A stretch of 64,000 bases of DNA from an uncultured Prochlorococcus sp. (GCA_902596585.1 CACJUL010000001.1:16659-80658); one strand, 5' to 3'. Numbered from the stretch's first letter, positions 42,296 through 54,537 are shown. Notes: a model not told the origin generated them from the sequence alone. Translations and numbers: made by a program.

Positions 42296-43390
42296 TCAAT
42301 TGACTTCATTATTAAAATCTTCCATCATTCTCTTTTGTTCTTGTGCTATGCATGCATCAATTACTTCCTCCAATTGACCAGCGAGAATTGGTTCTAACGC
42401 AAAATTAGAACCTAATCTATGATCTGTAGTCCGATTGTCTTTGAAATTATAAGTTCTAATTTTTTCGCTCCTATCACCTGTTCCCACTTGTGAAAGCCTT
42501 TGTGATCTTTCTTTAGCATTAGCTTCTCTTAATTGAATTTCATATAATTTAGCTCTTAAAATTTCCATTGCTCTTTCACGATTTTGTAACTGTGATCTCT
42601 CTTGAGTACAAAAGACTCTAATTCCTGTAGGCTTGTGGAGAAGATCAATAGCAGTCTCTACCTTGTTAACATTCTGTCCCCCTGCACCACCTGATCTTGC
42701 TGTACCAACCTCTAAATCGGTTGGATCAATTTTAACCTCGACAGGATCAGCCTCAGGCATGACGGCAACTGTCGCCGTGGATGTGTGAACTCTACCTTGT
42801 GATTCAGTAGCAGGAACTCTTTGGACTCTATGAACACCAGCCTCGAATTTAAGTTGACTATATACAGAATCTCCTTTAACAGAAATTACTAACTCTTTAA
42901 ATCCCCCCATATCTGACTCAGACGCACTAACAGGTTTTACAGACCATCCAATTTTTTGTCCATATCTTTCATACATTCTTGCTAAATCACCCGCCCAAAT
43001 ACAAGCCTCATTACCTCCAGCTCCAGCTCGTATTTCTAACATTACACTTCTCTCATCTCTTGGATCTTTTGGTAATAAAGCTATTGTAGTTTTTTGAATA
43101 AGTTGATTCTTACATTCCTCTAAATTAGTTAACTCTTCATTTATTAATAATTCCATCTCTTTATCATTTTTATTATCTTTCAAAAGATTTTTCGAATCCT
43201 CAATTTCCTTATCAGTATCAATTAACTTATTAAAGTTAATCACCAAAGGTTCCAATTTTGACCTTTCTTTTGCAATTGATTCTAATTTTTTAGGATCATT
43301 AGCTATATCAGGGTCTGCAAGCTGAACTTCCAAATTTTCAAAACTTTCTGAAGCAGTTTTCAACCTTGCAATTAATATTGAGTATTCCAA
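42296..43390 (-). CDS. prfA: Peptide chain release factor 1
   Basis: PAT anticodon tripeptide (RVPATE), GGQ motif. Confidence 0.98.
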   Translation of the reverse strand: MEYSILIARLKTASESFENLEVQLADPDIANDPKKLESIAKERSKLEPLVINFNKLIDTDKEIEDSKNLLKDNKNDKEMELLINEELTNLEECKNQLIQKTTIALLPKDPRDERSVMLEIRAGAGGNEACIWAGDLARMYERYGQKIGWSVKPVSASESDMGGFKELVISVKGDSVYSQLKFEAGVHRVQRVPATESQGRVHTSTATVAVMPEADPVEVKIDPTDLEVGTARSGGAGGQNVNKVETAIDLLHKPTGIRVFCTQERSQLQNRERAMEILRAKLYEIQLREANAKERSQRLSQVGTGDRSEKIRTYNFKDNRTTDHRLGSNFALEPILAGQLEEVIDACIAQEQKRMMEDFNNEVN

Positions 43391-43417
43391 TTGAAATTAT
43401 GCTTAATTTTGGAAATT

Positions 43418-43678
43418 CTATTTATTAGAATCTTTTTCTTCTTTTTTTTCTTTTGATGAAGATGGATCAGCTGAACCCATTCCATATTTTTTCATAAACC
43501 TATCAACTCTACCCTCAGTATCAAGAATTTTTTGAGTTCCTGTAAAGAAAGGATGATTACCACTCCATACATCAACATGTAGCTCAGGCTGAGTTGAGCC
43601 TGTAGTCATTACAACTTCACCATTGCAAATAACTTTTGCATCTGGATACCACTTTGGATGAATTTCTGATTTTGGCAT
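43418..43678 (-). CDS. rpmE: 50S ribosomal protein L31 (lacks Zn-ribbon cysteine set)
   Basis: IHPKW, HPFFTG, GRVDRF. Confidence 0.98.
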   Translation of the reverse strand: MPKSEIHPKWYPDAKVICNGEVVMTTGSTQPELHVDVWSGNHPFFTGTQKILDTEGRVDRFMKKYGMGSADPSSSKEKKEEKDSNK

Positions 43679-43691
43679 AATTAAAATTCCT

Positions 43692-44102
43692 TTAACGTTT
43701 GGAGAATTGTGGAGCTTTTCTTGCTTTCTTTAAGCCATATTTTCTTCGTTCTTTTGCTCTAGGATCTCTACTGAGATGACCCTCTGTTTTTAGCGGTTTT
43801 CTATTGTCGGCAGATAGCTCACAAAGCGCTCTTGCAGCCCCTTGCTTAATTGCATCTGCTTGGCCTGTCAATCCACCACCAAAAACGTTTACTAGTATAT
43901 CGTAAGAATTTTCAAGTCCTAATGTTTGCAATGGTGCTTTTATTGAATTTAAGTGAAGTGGGTTGAAGTTTAAATAATCATCTCCTGAACGACCATTAAT
44001 TTTAATTTGCCCATTACCTGGAATTAATCGTACTCTGGCTACTGAAGTTTTTCTTCTTCCAGTACCCCAATATACAGCTTTGTTTTTTATTTGACTATTC
44101 AT
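43692..44102 (-). CDS. rpsI: 30S ribosomal protein S9
   Basis: [21 protein letters not shown]. Confidence 0.99.
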   Translation of the reverse strand: MNSQIKNKAVYWGTGRRKTSVARVRLIPGNGQIKINGRSGDDYLNFNPLHLNSIKAPLQTLGLENSYDILVNVFGGGLTGQADAIKQGAARALCELSADNRKPLKTEGHLSRDPRAKERRKYGLKKARKAPQFSKR

Positions 44103-44111
44103 ATTAATAGA

Positions 44112-44543
44112 TTAACTATTTAATAATACAGGATTCTGAGCAGCATGAGGATGATCAGCACCTTTATAAACTTTGAGTTTCTTAAATTGCTGTCTTCCTA
44201 GAGAGTTATGTGGAAGCATACCCTTTACAGCTTGCTCGATAATTCTTTCTGGAATTCTCTCTTGAAGAGACTCAAATTTTTCAATTTTCATTCCTCCTGG
44301 TCTTCCTGAATGTCTTCTGTATAACTTTTGCGATGCTTTTTTACCTGTTACCTCAACTTTTTCTGCATTTACAACAATTACAAAATCTCCTGTATCCAAA
44401 TGAGGAGTAAATGTTGGTTTATTTTTTCCTCTCAAAACAGTTGCGATTTCAGTAGCAAGTCTCCCAAGTGTCTTATCTTTTGCGTCAACTAAAAACCAAT
44501 TTCTTTTAATAGTTTCTAAAGACGGAGTAATTGTTCTATTCAT
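44112..44543 (-). CDS. rplM: 50S ribosomal protein L13
   Basis: [20 protein letters not shown]. Confidence 0.99.
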   Translation of the reverse strand: MNRTITPSLETIKRNWFLVDAKDKTLGRLATEIATVLRGKNKPTFTPHLDTGDFVIVVNAEKVEVTGKKASQKLYRRHSGRPGGMKIEKFESLQERIPERIIEQAVKGMLPHNSLGRQQFKKLKVYKGADHPHAAQNPVLLNS

Positions 44544-44660
44544 TTATCAAATTTATGTAAATAAATTGAAATTAATATTAAATTCTACCTTATTGAAGGA
44601 GTATTAAACAATTATTTTGGATAAATTACAAAAATAAATCGCTTGATTCAAATTTTTTAC

Positions 44661-45467
44661 TTAAGAAAAACCCTTAATCAAAAATACTGGGAATAAATCA
44701 TTATTATTAAGACTTTTAAAAACATTCTCTTCATAAACTGCATTTACAAAACATAAACCTTTTGCCGGAGCTGATTCTTTAACATCATGTTTCTTTTTAT
44801 TTACCCATCTATCTGTAAAAATTTCTGGCGATATTTTTTTTTCTCCAACTAATACCAGTTGACCAACAATTAAACGCACCATTCCATAGAGAAAACCACT
44901 AGCTTTAATATCAACAAAAATCAAATCCTCTACTTTTTTAATATTTATATTTTTAATTTTTGTAATAGAAGTCGCTCTATTGCTTCCGCTTTTCTGAAAA
45001 GCAAAAAAATCATGTTCTCCTTCCATTCTCTTTGATGCATTTAACATTAATAGTGGGTCTAAAACTTTTTGATACCTGTGCCATGACCAACTATTTATAA
45101 AAACATTAGGGAATTTTCCGTTATTAATGACATATCGATAATGTCTATACTTTGCTGAATAACATGCATGCCAACAATCTTTAACCTCAACTGATTCCAA
45201 GATTCTTATTGTAGAGGGTAAAAAACTATTTAGTATATCTGAATAACGATTGCCTGGAATAACACAATCAATATCAAAGTGCACTACTTGACCTGATGCA
45301 TGAACTCCTGCGTCAGTTCTACCTGCGGCAAAAGTTTTTACGACATGTTTTGCAATTTTAGAAAGAGCTATCTCTAGAACTTCCTGAACTGTAGTTGCAT
45401 TTTTTTGTCTTTGCCAACCAGAATAATTAGATCCAACATATTGGATAAGTAAAGCTACCCTTTTCAA
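44661..45467 (-). CDS. truA: tRNA pseudouridine(38-40) synthase TruA
   Basis: GWQRQ, GRTDAGVHA, FLYGMVR. Confidence 0.97.
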   Translation of the reverse strand: MKRVALLIQYVGSNYSGWQRQKNATTVQEVLEIALSKIAKHVVKTFAAGRTDAGVHASGQVVHFDIDCVIPGNRYSDILNSFLPSTIRILESVEVKDCWHACYSAKYRHYRYVINNGKFPNVFINSWSWHRYQKVLDPLLMLNASKRMEGEHDFFAFQKSGSNRATSITKIKNINIKKVEDLIFVDIKASGFLYGMVRLIVGQLVLVGEKKISPEIFTDRWVNKKKHDVKESAPAKGLCFVNAVYEENVFKSLNNNDLFPVFLIKGFS

Positions 45468-45506
45468 AAGTTATTTTATAAAAAAAGACTTCTAATATTA
45501 ATTGAC

Positions 45507-45857
45507 TTAAACAAGTTCAATAATAGCCATCTCAGCATTATCACCTTTTCTAGAGACGGTTCTTACTATTCGTGTATAACCACCTTCTCTATCTCCATAT
45601 CTTTCTTTTGCTTTTTCAAACAATGAATGAACTAATTTCTTATCATAAATATATCCAATCGCTCGTCTCCTAGAAGCTAAAGTACCATCTTTAGCAAGAG
45701 AAATCATCCTTTCAGCTTCATTTCTTAAGGCTTTTGCCCTAGCTTTTGTAGTCGTTACTCTGCCTTCTCTAATTAGTTGTGTAGTCAAACCTCTTAAAAG
45801 CGCTTTCCTCTGGTCAGCAGGTTTACTAAGTAGTGGAATTCTAAGTTGGTGTCTCAT
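45507..45857 (-). CDS. rplQ: 50S ribosomal protein L17
   Basis: MRH, TTKARAK, GGYTRI, GDNA. Confidence 0.99.
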   Translation of the reverse strand: MRHQLRIPLLSKPADQRKALLRGLTTQLIREGRVTTTKARAKALRNEAERMISLAKDGTLASRRRAIGYIYDKKLVHSLFEKAKERYGDREGGYTRIVRTVSRKGDNAEMAIIELV

Positions 45858-45870
45858 AATCTTAAAAATG

Positions 45871-46809
45871 TTAAACAGATGTTCTGCTTTGCGGAATAGA
45901 GATTCCTATACGCTCAAGAGCCTCAATAACCTCATCTGCGGATTTAGAGCCAAAGTTCTTAATTTCAAGAAGATCTTCATAACTAAAACCCATTAAATCC
46001 GAAACTGAGTTAACTTGAGCTCTTTTTAAACAATTATATGCTCTCACGGACAAGTTTAGTTCCTCAAGAGGAATTTGAGCTTCAGGAGATGGTTCAGGCT
46101 CTTCAGGAATTTCCTCCACCATTGTCACTGTAGCAAGAGGTTGGAAGAGTTCTATTAACTGATTTGCTGCTTGAGCGATAGCATCATCTGGACTTGTTGA
46201 ACCATCAGTAACTACTTCCATTTTTAATCTTTCTCTACCTGTTCCGCCTTCTGCTACAGCAGTTTCATCGATTGAAAAATTAACTCTCTTAACTGGCATA
46301 AATACAGCATCTATTTGAAGTAAATCAATAGCAGTAGTTTCCTCATTCTTACGGTCGACAGGTCTATATCCAACACCTCTTTCGACATGAATCTCTAACT
46401 CTAAGTTATGGCCCTCTTGAATGGTTGCAATTGGTTTTTCTCCATCAACAATTTCTACTTGAGATGAGAATTGAATATCGTTAGCCTTCACCTCCATTGG
46501 ACCACTAGCAACTAATCTACCGATCTCGAGATCTGGATTAGAACTGTTAATTGATAGCTGCTTACAATTGAGAAGAATATCTAAAACGTCTTCTCTAACT
46601 CCAGGAATAGTTGCGTATTCATGGTTAATTCCTGCAATTCTAACTGCAGTTACTGCACTTCCTTCAAGTCCTCCCATAAGGACTCTTCTAAGCGAATTAC
46701 CCAAAGTCGTAGCTTGTCCCCTTTCTAAAGGGCCAATTAAAAAAGTTCCTGTTTGGGAGCGATCATCTGCTATTTGATGGTCGATTCTGTCAATCTGGTA
46801 TTGCAACAC
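45871..46809 (-). CDS. rpoA: RNA polymerase alpha subunit
   Basis: [25 protein letters not shown]; GTG start. Confidence 0.99.
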   Translation of the reverse strand: MLQYQIDRIDHQIADDRSQTGTFLIGPLERGQATTLGNSLRRVLMGGLEGSAVTAVRIAGINHEYATIPGVREDVLDILLNCKQLSINSSNPDLEIGRLVASGPMEVKANDIQFSSQVEIVDGEKPIATIQEGHNLELEIHVERGVGYRPVDRKNEETTAIDLLQIDAVFMPVKRVNFSIDETAVAEGGTGRERLKMEVVTDGSTSPDDAIAQAANQLIELFQPLATVTMVEEIPEEPEPSPEAQIPLEELNLSVRAYNCLKRAQVNSVSDLMGFSYEDLLEIKNFGSKSADEVIEALERIGISIPQSRTSV

Positions 46810-46868
46810 GGAAAAAATGAGGTTAAAAGTTTTTTTTTGGGGGGGGTGGTGTGGAGAATGGTTAAGAT

Positions 46869-47261
46869 CTAAACGCGTCTTCGTTTAGGTCTTCTACATC
46901 CATTATGAGGTAATGGAGTTACATCTCTTATTAGAGTTATTTCTAAACCGGCGACTTGTAAAGCCCTTATCGCCGTTTCTCTACCTGAGCCTGGTCCTCT
47001 AACTAATACTTCTATTTGTCTCATACCTTGATCAAGTGCTCTCCTGGCTGCAGCTTCAGCGGCTGTTTGAGCTGCAAATGGAGTACCCTTTCTAGCACCT
47101 TTAAATCCGCTAGCTCCTGCAGAAGACCAAGAGATTACATGACCAGAAGTGTCAGTTATTGAAACGATAGTGTTATTAAATGTGCTTTGAATATGTACCA
47201 CTCCGTTGGGTACATTACGTTTGGATTTCTTTGAACCTGTCTTTTTTACTGTAGCTGCCAT
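46869..47261 (-). CDS. rpsK: 30S ribosomal protein S11
   Basis: STFNNTI, GPGSGRE, PHNGCR. Confidence 0.99.
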   Translation of the reverse strand: MAATVKKTGSKKSKRNVPNGVVHIQSTFNNTIVSITDTSGHVISWSSAGASGFKGARKGTPFAAQTAAEAAARRALDQGMRQIEVLVRGPGSGRETAIRALQVAGLEITLIRDVTPLPHNGCRRPKRRRV

Positions 47262-47304
47262 GATGATTAAATTTAATTCTAGAAAATGTGAATAGTTTAG
47301 TTAA

Positions 47305-47670
47305 TTATTTCTTCCTACCAGCAACTGTTTTTCTTGAACCCCTTCTTGTTCTTGCATTAGTTCTAGTTCTTTGGCCTCTTACTGGAAGACTCATTCTGTG
47401 TCTTCTTCCTCTAATACAGCCTATATCTTGTAAACGTTTCAAGGCCATTCCCTCTTTTCTTCTCAAATCACCTTCCAAAGTGAATTCTTCTGTAGCACCT
47501 CTTAGTTTTTGGACATCAGAATCTGAGAGATCTTTTACACGAATATCTGGGTTTACACCAGTATTGGCTAAAATCAGCTTTGACCTTGTTAAGCCAATTC
47601 CATAGACGTATGTTAGTGCAATTTCAACTCGCTTTTCGCGAGGTATGTCAATTCCTGCAATCCTGGCCAC
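47305..47670 (-). CDS. rpsM: 30S ribosomal protein S13
   Basis: [24 protein letters not shown]. Confidence 0.99.
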   Translation of the reverse strand: MARIAGIDIPREKRVEIALTYVYGIGLTRSKLILANTGVNPDIRVKDLSDSDVQKLRGATEEFTLEGDLRRKEGMALKRLQDIGCIRGRRHRMSLPVRGQRTRTNARTRRGSRKTVAGRKK

Positions 47671-47694
47671 GTTTTTTTTGTAAGTAAAAGTTTG

Positions 47695-47719
47695 AAATAA
47701 AGGGTTTAAATTTAACCCT
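47695..47719 (-). terminator. Possible weak terminator/attenuator hairpin overlapping the rpmJ stop
   Basis: mRNA AGGGUU-AAAUUUA-AACCCU followed by UUAUUU. Confidence 0.3.
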
Positions 47720-47828
47720 GACGCTGTTTATTACGAGGTCTTTTCTTGTTAATAACATAGATTTTACCTCTTCTCCTCACGATCTGATCGTCAGGGCTAA
47801 TTTTTTTGACTGAAGATCTGACCTTCAT
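47712..47828 (-). CDS. rpmJ: 50S ribosomal protein L36 (cysteine-free), 38 aa, not in the ORF track
   Basis: Hand translation [38 protein letters not shown]; between adk and rpsM. Confidence 0.97.
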   Translation of the reverse strand: MKVRSSVKKISPDDQIVRRRGKIYVINKKRPRNKQRQG

Positions 47829-47871
47829 AGGGGTTTAAGAATAAACTTTAATTCTATATTCTACATCATCG

Positions 47872-48420
47872 TCAAGCCATTTTTTGTTTAATCTCAGAGG
47901 AAATAGTTTTTAAATCTCTATCAGCATCTATATATTCAAGCAATGAGAGATCTTTAAAATAGTTAATCAATGGTTCAGTAGTTTCTTTATATATTTTAAC
48001 TCTTGTTCTTATAGTCCCTTCAGTATCGTCTTTTCTACCTCTTAAAAGTAAGCGCTTAATTAAAACTTCTTCAGGAATATCTAAGTAAAAAACTACCTCT
48101 AAAGGTTGATTTATTTCAATTAAAACTTCATTTAGTGAATTCGCTTGAGATAAATTTCTTGGAAAGCCATCTAAAATCCAGCCTTTATTATCCTTAACTA
48201 AATTTTGTTTTACTACCTTCAATACAAGTTCATCACTAACAAGTTCCCCTCGATTCATAATATCCTTTACTTCGATACCAAGAATAGTATTCATTTCAAT
48301 TTCTTTTCTTAGTAGTTCACCTGTAGAAAGATGTAAATAAGAATTTGTTCGACTTATTAATTCAGCCTGTGTACCTTTTCCTGCTCCAGGAGCTCCTAAA
48401 AATAGTAAATGTTTCTTCAT
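47872..48420 (-). CDS. adk: Adenylate kinase (short-LID type)
   Basis: [21 protein letters not shown]. Confidence 0.98.
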   Translation of the reverse strand: MKKHLLFLGAPGAGKGTQAELISRTNSYLHLSTGELLRKEIEMNTILGIEVKDIMNRGELVSDELVLKVVKQNLVKDNKGWILDGFPRNLSQANSLNEVLIEINQPLEVVFYLDIPEEVLIKRLLLRGRKDDTEGTIRTRVKIYKETTEPLINYFKDLSLLEYIDADRDLKTISSEIKQKMA

Positions 48421-49739
48421 TAATTATTTATTAGACCCTCATACCTTTGAGAAATCACATAAGTTTGAATTTGTTTTGCAGTATCAATAGCAACACCTAC
48501 AAGAATAAGTAATGACGTTGCTCCTAATCCTTGAAAAGTCTGAACATTTGTAGCCCTCTCTACCGCAGCTGGAATAATAGCTACTGAACCCAAGAATAAT
48601 CCTCCAAGTAGTGTCAACCTATTTTGTATCCCTGATAAATAGTTAGCTGTATTAGTTCCTGGTCTAACTCCTGGTATGGCTACTCCTCCTTTCTTTAAAT
48701 TTGATGCCACATCAACTGGATTTATTGTGAGAGATGCATAAAAATAGGAGAATCCCAAAATTAAGGCGAAGAATGTCACAGCATATGGCCAAGGGTTTGA
48801 AGACCCTGGATTTAAACTACTCGCTAATTTTATTAGTATTGGATTGCCTGTTACGTTTGCAATAGTTATAGGTAAAAAAATTAATGCAGATGCAAAAATA
48901 ATTGGCATCACTCCTCCCGCATTTAATTTTAAGGGTAAATAACTTTGCCTTGTTGGAAGTAACGTAGAATTTCCTATTTGTCTTTTTGCACTAACAATAG
49001 GGATACGTCTAGCCCCTTCCTGAACAAAAATGATTCCAACAATTGTCAATAAAAAGACTCCAAGTAAAACAACTATTCCTAAAACATCGCCTCTATCTCC
49101 AGTTTGAGCTTTTTCAATGGTTGAACTCAAAGCCTTTGGTAAAGTTGAAACAATATTCAAGAAAATTACCAATGATGCTCCTTGCCCTATTCCTTTCTCT
49201 GTAATTATTTCACTAAACCACATTACTAACATTGAGCCAGTAACCAAAGCAAGAGAAGTTTGTAATACAAATGTAGTTTCACTTATACCCTGAATTGCAT
49301 ATTGTCTAAGAATTAAAGAAAAAATAATACTCTGCAAAAAGCCCCAACCTAAGGAAACATATCTTGTGATTTGTGCAATTTTTCTTCTACCTGCTTCTCC
49401 CTCATTTTTTTGTAAATCTTCAAGAATAGGCAATGAAGCTGTAAGAAGCTGAATAATAATTGATGCATTAATAAAGGGGAGAATACCCAATGCGAATATT
49501 CCAAGTGTGGAAATTCCGCCACCAGTAAAAATATCTAAAAAACCTATTAATTGACCACCCTGATCTATGAAACTTTTAAAGGCAACCCTATCAATACCAG
49601 GCATAGGGATATATATTCCAAGTCTTACTAAAAGAAGAAGTCCTAAAGTTGTTAAAACTCTACTTCTTAATTCTTTATTTAAAAATAGTTGAGAGAGTAT
49701 TTCTGAAGCGCCAGGATTTCTATTTTTGTTAACAAACAT
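48420..49739 (-). CDS. secY: Preprotein translocase SecY
   Basis: [29 protein letters not shown]. Confidence 0.99.
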   Translation of the reverse strand: MFVNKNRNPGASEILSQLFLNKELRSRVLTTLGLLLLVRLGIYIPMPGIDRVAFKSFIDQGGQLIGFLDIFTGGGISTLGIFALGILPFINASIIIQLLTASLPILEDLQKNEGEAGRRKIAQITRYVSLGWGFLQSIIFSLILRQYAIQGISETTFVLQTSLALVTGSMLVMWFSEIITEKGIGQGASLVIFLNIVSTLPKALSSTIEKAQTGDRGDVLGIVVLLGVFLLTIVGIIFVQEGARRIPIVSAKRQIGNSTLLPTRQSYLPLKLNAGGVMPIIFASALIFLPITIANVTGNPILIKLASSLNPGSSNPWPYAVTFFALILGFSYFYASLTINPVDVASNLKKGGVAIPGVRPGTNTANYLSGIQNRLTLLGGLFLGSVAIIPAAVERATNVQTFQGLGATSLLILVGVAIDTAKQIQTYVISQRYEGLINN

Positions 49740-49769
49740 TTTGAAGCTTAGCTAAATTTTTGAGTAAAT

Positions 49770-50228
49770 TTATTTATTATTAATAAGCTCGCAAGTTCCA
49801 CCTGCATCCTCGATTTTTTGTTTTGCAACCTTTGTGAAAGCATGAGCCTGAACTGTTAACTTTACTTTCACTTCTCCGTTACCAAGAATTTTTAAAGGAA
49901 ATTTTGGTTTAAAAATTAATCCATTCTTAACTAATGAATCTAGATTCACAGTATCGTTATCTTTGAAATTATTTAATTTATCTAAATTTATTATAGAAAA
50001 GTTCTTTTGATTAATTATTTCAAAGTGCTTTAATTTCGGAACTCTTCTATATAAGGGCATTTGCCCACCTTCAAAACCTGGACGTGTAGGCCTACCAGAC
50101 CGTGACTTTTGCCCTCTCATCCCGAAACCACATGAAGCACCCTGACCTGCAGCAATACCTCTACCCTTTCTCAACTTTTTCTTTCGTGAGCCTATGTTTG
50201 ATTTAAGTGAATTTAATGTTGAAGTCAT
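49770..50228 (-). CDS. rplO: 50S ribosomal protein L15
   Basis: [20 protein letters not shown]. Confidence 0.99.
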   Translation of the reverse strand: MTSTLNSLKSNIGSRKKKLRKGRGIAAGQGASCGFGMRGQKSRSGRPTRPGFEGGQMPLYRRVPKLKHFEIINQKNFSIINLDKLNNFKDNDTVNLDSLVKNGLIFKPKFPLKILGNGEVKVKLTVQAHAFTKVAKQKIEDAGGTCELINNK

Positions 50229-50233
50229 AATAC

Positions 50234-50857
50234 TTAAGAGTATAGCTGTTCAAGTGAGATTCCTCTCTCCCTTGAAGCAGATTTGTGTGTTCTTAATTGA
50301 GAAAGAGCAACCATAGCAGCTCTAGCATTATTTAAAGGTGTTTTACTACCCAATCTTTTTGCTAAGACATTTTTTATGCCAGCTAACTCTAAAACTGTTC
50401 TAATTGAACCACCAGCAATAACACCAGTACCTGGGGCAGCAGGCCTAATGAGTACATTAGCTGCACCGTCTCTGCCTATAGATAAAGTTGGTATTGAATT
50501 ATTTGGAGTTAAAGGAACTCTAACAAGATTCTTTTTACCATCTGAAACTCCTTTTCTGACTGCACCAATAACATCACCAGCTTTTCCAACTCCAACTCCA
50601 ACTTGACCTTTTTCATTACCAACGACAACAATTGCTCTAAAACTCATTTTTTTTCCACCTTTTACAGTTTTAGATACCCGTCTTATTTGAACAACTCTTT
50701 CCTGCCAATCAGAGTCTCTCTCTTGATTTTTTGATTCACCTCTCCTATTTCTTTTTCTTTCATTATTACGATTATTCTTTTTTTGTTCGCTAGGGTTAGC
50801 ACCAGGAATGTTCTCAGTCTTGGTTTGAGTTTCTTGTTTTGTTGGAGTGTCAGTCAT
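50234..50857 (-). CDS. rpsE: 30S ribosomal protein S5
   Basis: [21 protein letters not shown]. Confidence 0.99.
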   Translation of the reverse strand: MTDTPTKQETQTKTENIPGANPSEQKKNNRNNERKRNRRGESKNQERDSDWQERVVQIRRVSKTVKGGKKMSFRAIVVVGNEKGQVGVGVGKAGDVIGAVRKGVSDGKKNLVRVPLTPNNSIPTLSIGRDGAANVLIRPAAPGTGVIAGGSIRTVLELAGIKNVLAKRLGSKTPLNNARAAMVALSQLRTHKSASRERGISLEQLYS

Positions 50858-50873
50858 AATAAAAAATGTAAGA

Positions 50874-51242
50874 TTAGAATTCTAGGCCAGCTTCTCGAGC
50901 AGCTTCCGCAAGAGCCTTGACTCTTCCGTGATATAAATTTCCTCCACGATCAAAAATTACTTCCTTTATACCTTTTTTAATTGCTCTTTTAGCTAATAAT
51001 TTTCCAACAATGGAAGAAGAATTACAATCAGAAGCTAATTTATCTGATTTTTCTCTGAGTTCCTTGTCAATAGTTGAAGCTGAACAAATGGTTTTTTGAG
51101 AATCATCGTCTATAACCTGTGCATAAATATGATTATTAGAGCGAAAAACTGACAATCTTGGACGCGTTGCATTTCCAATTAAGAATCTCCTTAATCTTTT
51201 ATGTCTTTTTTGGGTTTGTAATTTCCGGGAAAGTTTGGTCAT
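50874..51242 (-). CDS. rplR: 50S ribosomal protein L18
   Basis: [22 protein letters not shown]. Confidence 0.99.
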   Translation of the reverse strand: MTKLSRKLQTQKRHKRLRRFLIGNATRPRLSVFRSNNHIYAQVIDDDSQKTICSASTIDKELREKSDKLASDCNSSSIVGKLLAKRAIKKGIKEVIFDRGGNLYHGRVKALAEAAREAGLEF

Positions 51243-51256
51243 TTTTTTAATTCGAA

Positions 51257-51796
51257 TTATTTTTTGCCAGATTTACCAGCTTTTCTGAGAATTCTCTCAT
51301 CATGGTATTTAATTCCTTTACCTTTATAAGGCTCTGGAGGTCTAATTGATCTGATTTTTGCTGCTTCATTGCCAACAATTTCCTTATCAATTCCTGATAC
51401 GGTAACGTTTGTATTACTCTCAACTTTGTATGTTATACCATCAGGGGGGATCATTTCTACAGGATGACTATATCCTGCACTAACAACTAGATTTTTACCT
51501 TTTACTTGAGCTCTAGATCCAACACCTACAATTTCCAGTTTTTTTGAAAAACCTTGACTAACTCCTTCAACCATATTTGCAATTAATGCCCTACATAAGC
51601 CATGTCTTTGCCTTGAATGTATTTTGGTTGAAGTAGGACTTACCAAAACAGCATTATCTTTTTTATCAAAACTAACTCCCTCTGGCATCTGACGTTTTAA
51701 CTCACCCTTGGGGCCTTTAACAGTAACTGTTAATCCATCAAAATCAACCGTTACTTTTTCTGGGATCAATACGGGTGTTTTTCCAATTCTTGACAT
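51257..51796 (-). CDS. rplF: 50S ribosomal protein L6
   Basis: [17 protein letters not shown]. Confidence 0.99.
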   Translation of the reverse strand: MSRIGKTPVLIPEKVTVDFDGLTVTVKGPKGELKRQMPEGVSFDKKDNAVLVSPTSTKIHSRQRHGLCRALIANMVEGVSQGFSKKLEIVGVGSRAQVKGKNLVVSAGYSHPVEMIPPDGITYKVESNTNVTVSGIDKEIVGNEAAKIRSIRPPEPYKGKGIKYHDERILRKAGKSGKK

Positions 51797-51808
51797 GATT
51801 AATTCTCC

Positions 51809-52210
51809 TTAATAAACATAGCAAAGGACTTCGCCACCTATACCTTGCTTCCTGGCATCACGATCACTCATAACGCCTTTAGAAGTAGATATTATAGCAA
51901 CTCCTAGACCTCCCAGAACTTTTGGTAAAGCTCTAGTATTTTTATAAATTCTTAATCCAGGCTTACTAACTCTTTGCATAGATCGAATAGTAGGGAATTT
52001 ATTTTTACCACTATATTTGAGACCAAGTATTATTTTTGATGCGTAGCCCTCACCTTCCTCGTTAATGTCAGAAATGAACCCTTCTTTTTGAAGTACTTTT
52101 GCAATACTTAAGGACATTTTTGAACTTGGAATTGTTGTGGTTGTATGCTTTTTTTGACTCGCATTTCTAATTCGAGTAAGCATATCTGAAATAGGATCGT
52201 GATTTGACAT
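51809..52210 (-). CDS. rpsH: 30S ribosomal protein S8
   Basis: DPISDMLTRIRN, SKPGLRIY, STSKG. Confidence 0.99.
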   Translation of the reverse strand: MSNHDPISDMLTRIRNASQKKHTTTTIPSSKMSLSIAKVLQKEGFISDINEEGEGYASKIILGLKYSGKNKFPTIRSMQRVSKPGLRIYKNTRALPKVLGGLGVAIISTSKGVMSDRDARKQGIGGEVLCYVY

Positions 52211-52219
52211 GGTTTTAAT

Positions 52220-52759
52220 TTAATTCTTACTAAAAGGCATACCTAACTCTTGCAATAGAGCTTTACCTTCTTGATCTGATCTTGCACTAGTGACAATAGT
52301 TATATCCATACCTCTTATTGAATCAATTTTATCAAAAGAGATTTCAGGAAAAATCAGTTGCTCTTTCACTCCGACGGTGTAATTCCCTCTCCCATCAAAA
52401 CTTTTTGGATTAACTCCTCTAAAGTCTCTTATTCTTGGTAAAGCTAGATTTATAAATCTCTCTAAAAAGGAATACATCCTGTCACCTCTCAAAGTTACAG
52501 TACAACCAATTGGCATGCCTTCACGAATTTTAAAACCCGCGATAGCCTTTTTGGCCCTAGTCACTAAGGCCTTTTGTCCTGTAATTGTTGCCATTTCATT
52601 TAAAGAAGCTTCTAGAGCTTTTGAATTTGAAGCAGCTTCACCAAGACCCCTATTAACGTTGACTTTGACAACTTTAGGTACTTGATGAATATTTTTAAGA
52701 CCAAGTTCCTTTAAAAGTTTTGGTCTAATTGATTCTTTGTAGCGATTTTTTAGAGTCAT
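52220..52759 (-). CDS. rplE: 50S ribosomal protein L5
   Basis: [21 protein letters not shown]. Confidence 0.99.
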   Translation of the reverse strand: MTLKNRYKESIRPKLLKELGLKNIHQVPKVVKVNVNRGLGEAASNSKALEASLNEMATITGQKALVTRAKKAIAGFKIREGMPIGCTVTLRGDRMYSFLERFINLALPRIRDFRGVNPKSFDGRGNYTVGVKEQLIFPEISFDKIDSIRGMDITIVTSARSDQEGKALLQELGMPFSKN

Positions 52760-52770
52760 AATTTTTTGTT

Positions 52771-52792
52771 AATTCTGGTCTTTGTCAGAATT
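52771..52792 (-). promoter_or_regulatory. Hairpin immediately upstream of rplE (candidate translational operator)
   Basis: mRNA AAUUCUG-ACAAAGAC-CAGAAUU ends 11 nt before the rplE AUG. Confidence 0.4.
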
Positions 52793-52833
52793 GATAAATT
52801 AGAAAAAGTTGAAATCTGGTTGTTGATGAAAAA

Positions 52834-53190
52834 TTAATCAATTACTTCACCAGTTTTCTTAAGTCTTCTTTTCTTAACTCCCTCTTTATCAATAAAGAAT
52901 TCAATCTTACTTGTAAGATTTTTTTCCTTTGAAAAGAACATTACGTTTGATGCATGTAAAGATGCTTCTTCTGTAAGTATTCTTCCAGTTTCTCCTTCCT
53001 GATTTGGTTTTACGTGTTTAGTCCTGAGGTTAATTCCTTTAACTACTACTCTATTCTCAAGAGGAATAGTTTTTAAGACCTCGCCTGTTTTACCTTTATC
53101 CTTTCCGTTAATTACTTTTACTAAATCTCCAGTTTTGATTCTCATTTTTATTCTTTGGAAATTCTTCTTTTGTTTTAATGAATCCAACAT
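52834..53190 (-). CDS. rplX: 50S ribosomal protein L24
   Basis: KOW motif [21 protein letters not shown]. Confidence 0.99.
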   Translation of the reverse strand: MLDSLKQKKNFQRIKMRIKTGDLVKVINGKDKGKTGEVLKTIPLENRVVVKGINLRTKHVKPNQEGETGRILTEEASLHASNVMFFSKEKNLTSKIEFFIDKEGVKKRRLKKTGEVID

Positions 53191-53556
53191 TTAAATCACC
53201 TCCGGGGCAAGAGAAACAATTTTAGTATAATTTTTATCCCGCAGTTCTCTAGCTACAGGACCAAAAACTCTAGTTCCTTTAGGATTCTTATCCTCATTAA
53301 TCAAAACAGCGGCATTATCATCAAACCTAATTGAATTACCAGTATTTCTTCTTAGTGTTGCTTTCGTTCTAACAATGACGGCTTTTACAACCTCAGATTT
53401 CTTAACTCCCATATTAGGAAGAGCATCTTTTACGGTTGCTACAATTACGTCACCAACATGTGCGTATCTTCTGTTAGAGCCTAAAACCCTAATACATTGG
53501 AGTCTTTTCGCACCACTGTTATCAGCCACAGTTAGATAAGTTTCTTGTTGAATCAT
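53191..53556 (-). CDS. rplN: 50S ribosomal protein L14
   Basis: [22 protein letters not shown]. Confidence 0.99.
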
Positions 53557-53819
53557 TTTTTAACCTCCTTAGTCTCATTTGTTTTATTAAGGATCTCCTC
53601 TATTGCCCATCTTTTATGAGCGCTAAGAGGTCTAGTTTCTTTAATTCTCACTCGATCACCTAAAACACAGGTATTCTCTGGATCATGCGCTTTGTATCGA
53701 GTAGTTCTACTTACAATTTTTTTATAAGTGGGATGTGGATATCTGTTAATAACAGCAACAACAACTGTTTTATCCATTTTGTCGCTGACAACAGTACCGA
53801 TTCTTTCTTTAAGTGCCAT
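53553..53819 (-). CDS. rpsQ: 30S ribosomal protein S17
   Basis: [17 protein letters not shown]. Confidence 0.99.
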
Positions 53820-53828
53820 AACTAATAA

Positions 53829-54047
53829 TTAATCAGAAGTAGTTTTAGAAGCAGATTGACTCTTACTGAGGGTTAGTAATTGAGCAACTTGTTTCTTGAT
53901 GATTTTAAATTTATGAGTTTCATTAAGCTGTCTTGTAGCTTGCTTGAATCTCAAATCAAAAAGATCTTTTCTTAATTGATCAATCTTTTCAGTTAATTGA
54001 GCTGAATTTAATTTTTTAAATTCTTTAAGAGACTCTGAGTTTTTCAT
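53829..54047 (-). CDS. rpmC: 50S ribosomal protein L29
   Basis: [10 protein letters not shown]...VAQLLT; position between rplP and rpsQ. Confidence 0.97.
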   Translation of the reverse strand: MKNSESLKEFKKLNSAQLTEKIDQLRKDLFDLRFKQATRQLNETHKFKIIKKQVAQLLTLSKSQSASKTTSD

Positions 54048-54526
54048 TGTTTAACCTCCTCTGGAGATGGCTTATTATTTTTTATCTTTTCTTGGGAAAC
54101 AGCTTCTGGATTTTTATCAACCGAGATAAATTTTGTTTTTACAGGAAGTTTGTATTGGGCTAGACGCATAGCTTCTTTTGCAATTTCCTCAGTGATATCT
54201 TCCCCACCCATTTCAAAAAGTATTCTTCCAGGTTTTACGACTGCAACCCAAAACTCTGGGTTACCTTTACCAGAACCCATTCTTGTTTCGGCAGGTCTCA
54301 TTGTGACAGGTTTATCAGGAAATATTCTTATCCAGATTTGACCTCCACGTTTGATATATCTTGTCATTGCTCGTCTACTTGCCTCAATTTGACGTGCAGT
54401 TACCCAACCACAGTCTTGAGCTTGGAGAGCAAATTGACCGAAAGCTATCGTATTACCTTTAGAAGCTACCCCCCGCATTCTGCCTCTATGCTGTTTACGA
54501 AATTTAGTACGTTTTGGACTAAGCAT
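54044..54526 (-). CDS. rplP: 50S ribosomal protein L16
   Basis: [18 protein letters not shown]. Confidence 0.99.
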   Translation of the reverse strand: MLSPKRTKFRKQHRGRMRGVASKGNTIAFGQFALQAQDCGWVTARQIEASRRAMTRYIKRGGQIWIRIFPDKPVTMRPAETRMGSGKGNPEFWVAVVKPGRILFEMGGEDITEEIAKEAMRLAQYKLPVKTKFISVDKNPEAVSQEKIKNNKPSPEEVKQ

Positions 54527-54537
54527 TTTTATACCTC

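Noticed and set aside
46810-47871. Absence of rpsD and infA from the cluster, and rpsJ placed after tuf
   Set aside because: To my knowledge this is the ordinary arrangement in marine picocyanobacteria, not an anomaly.
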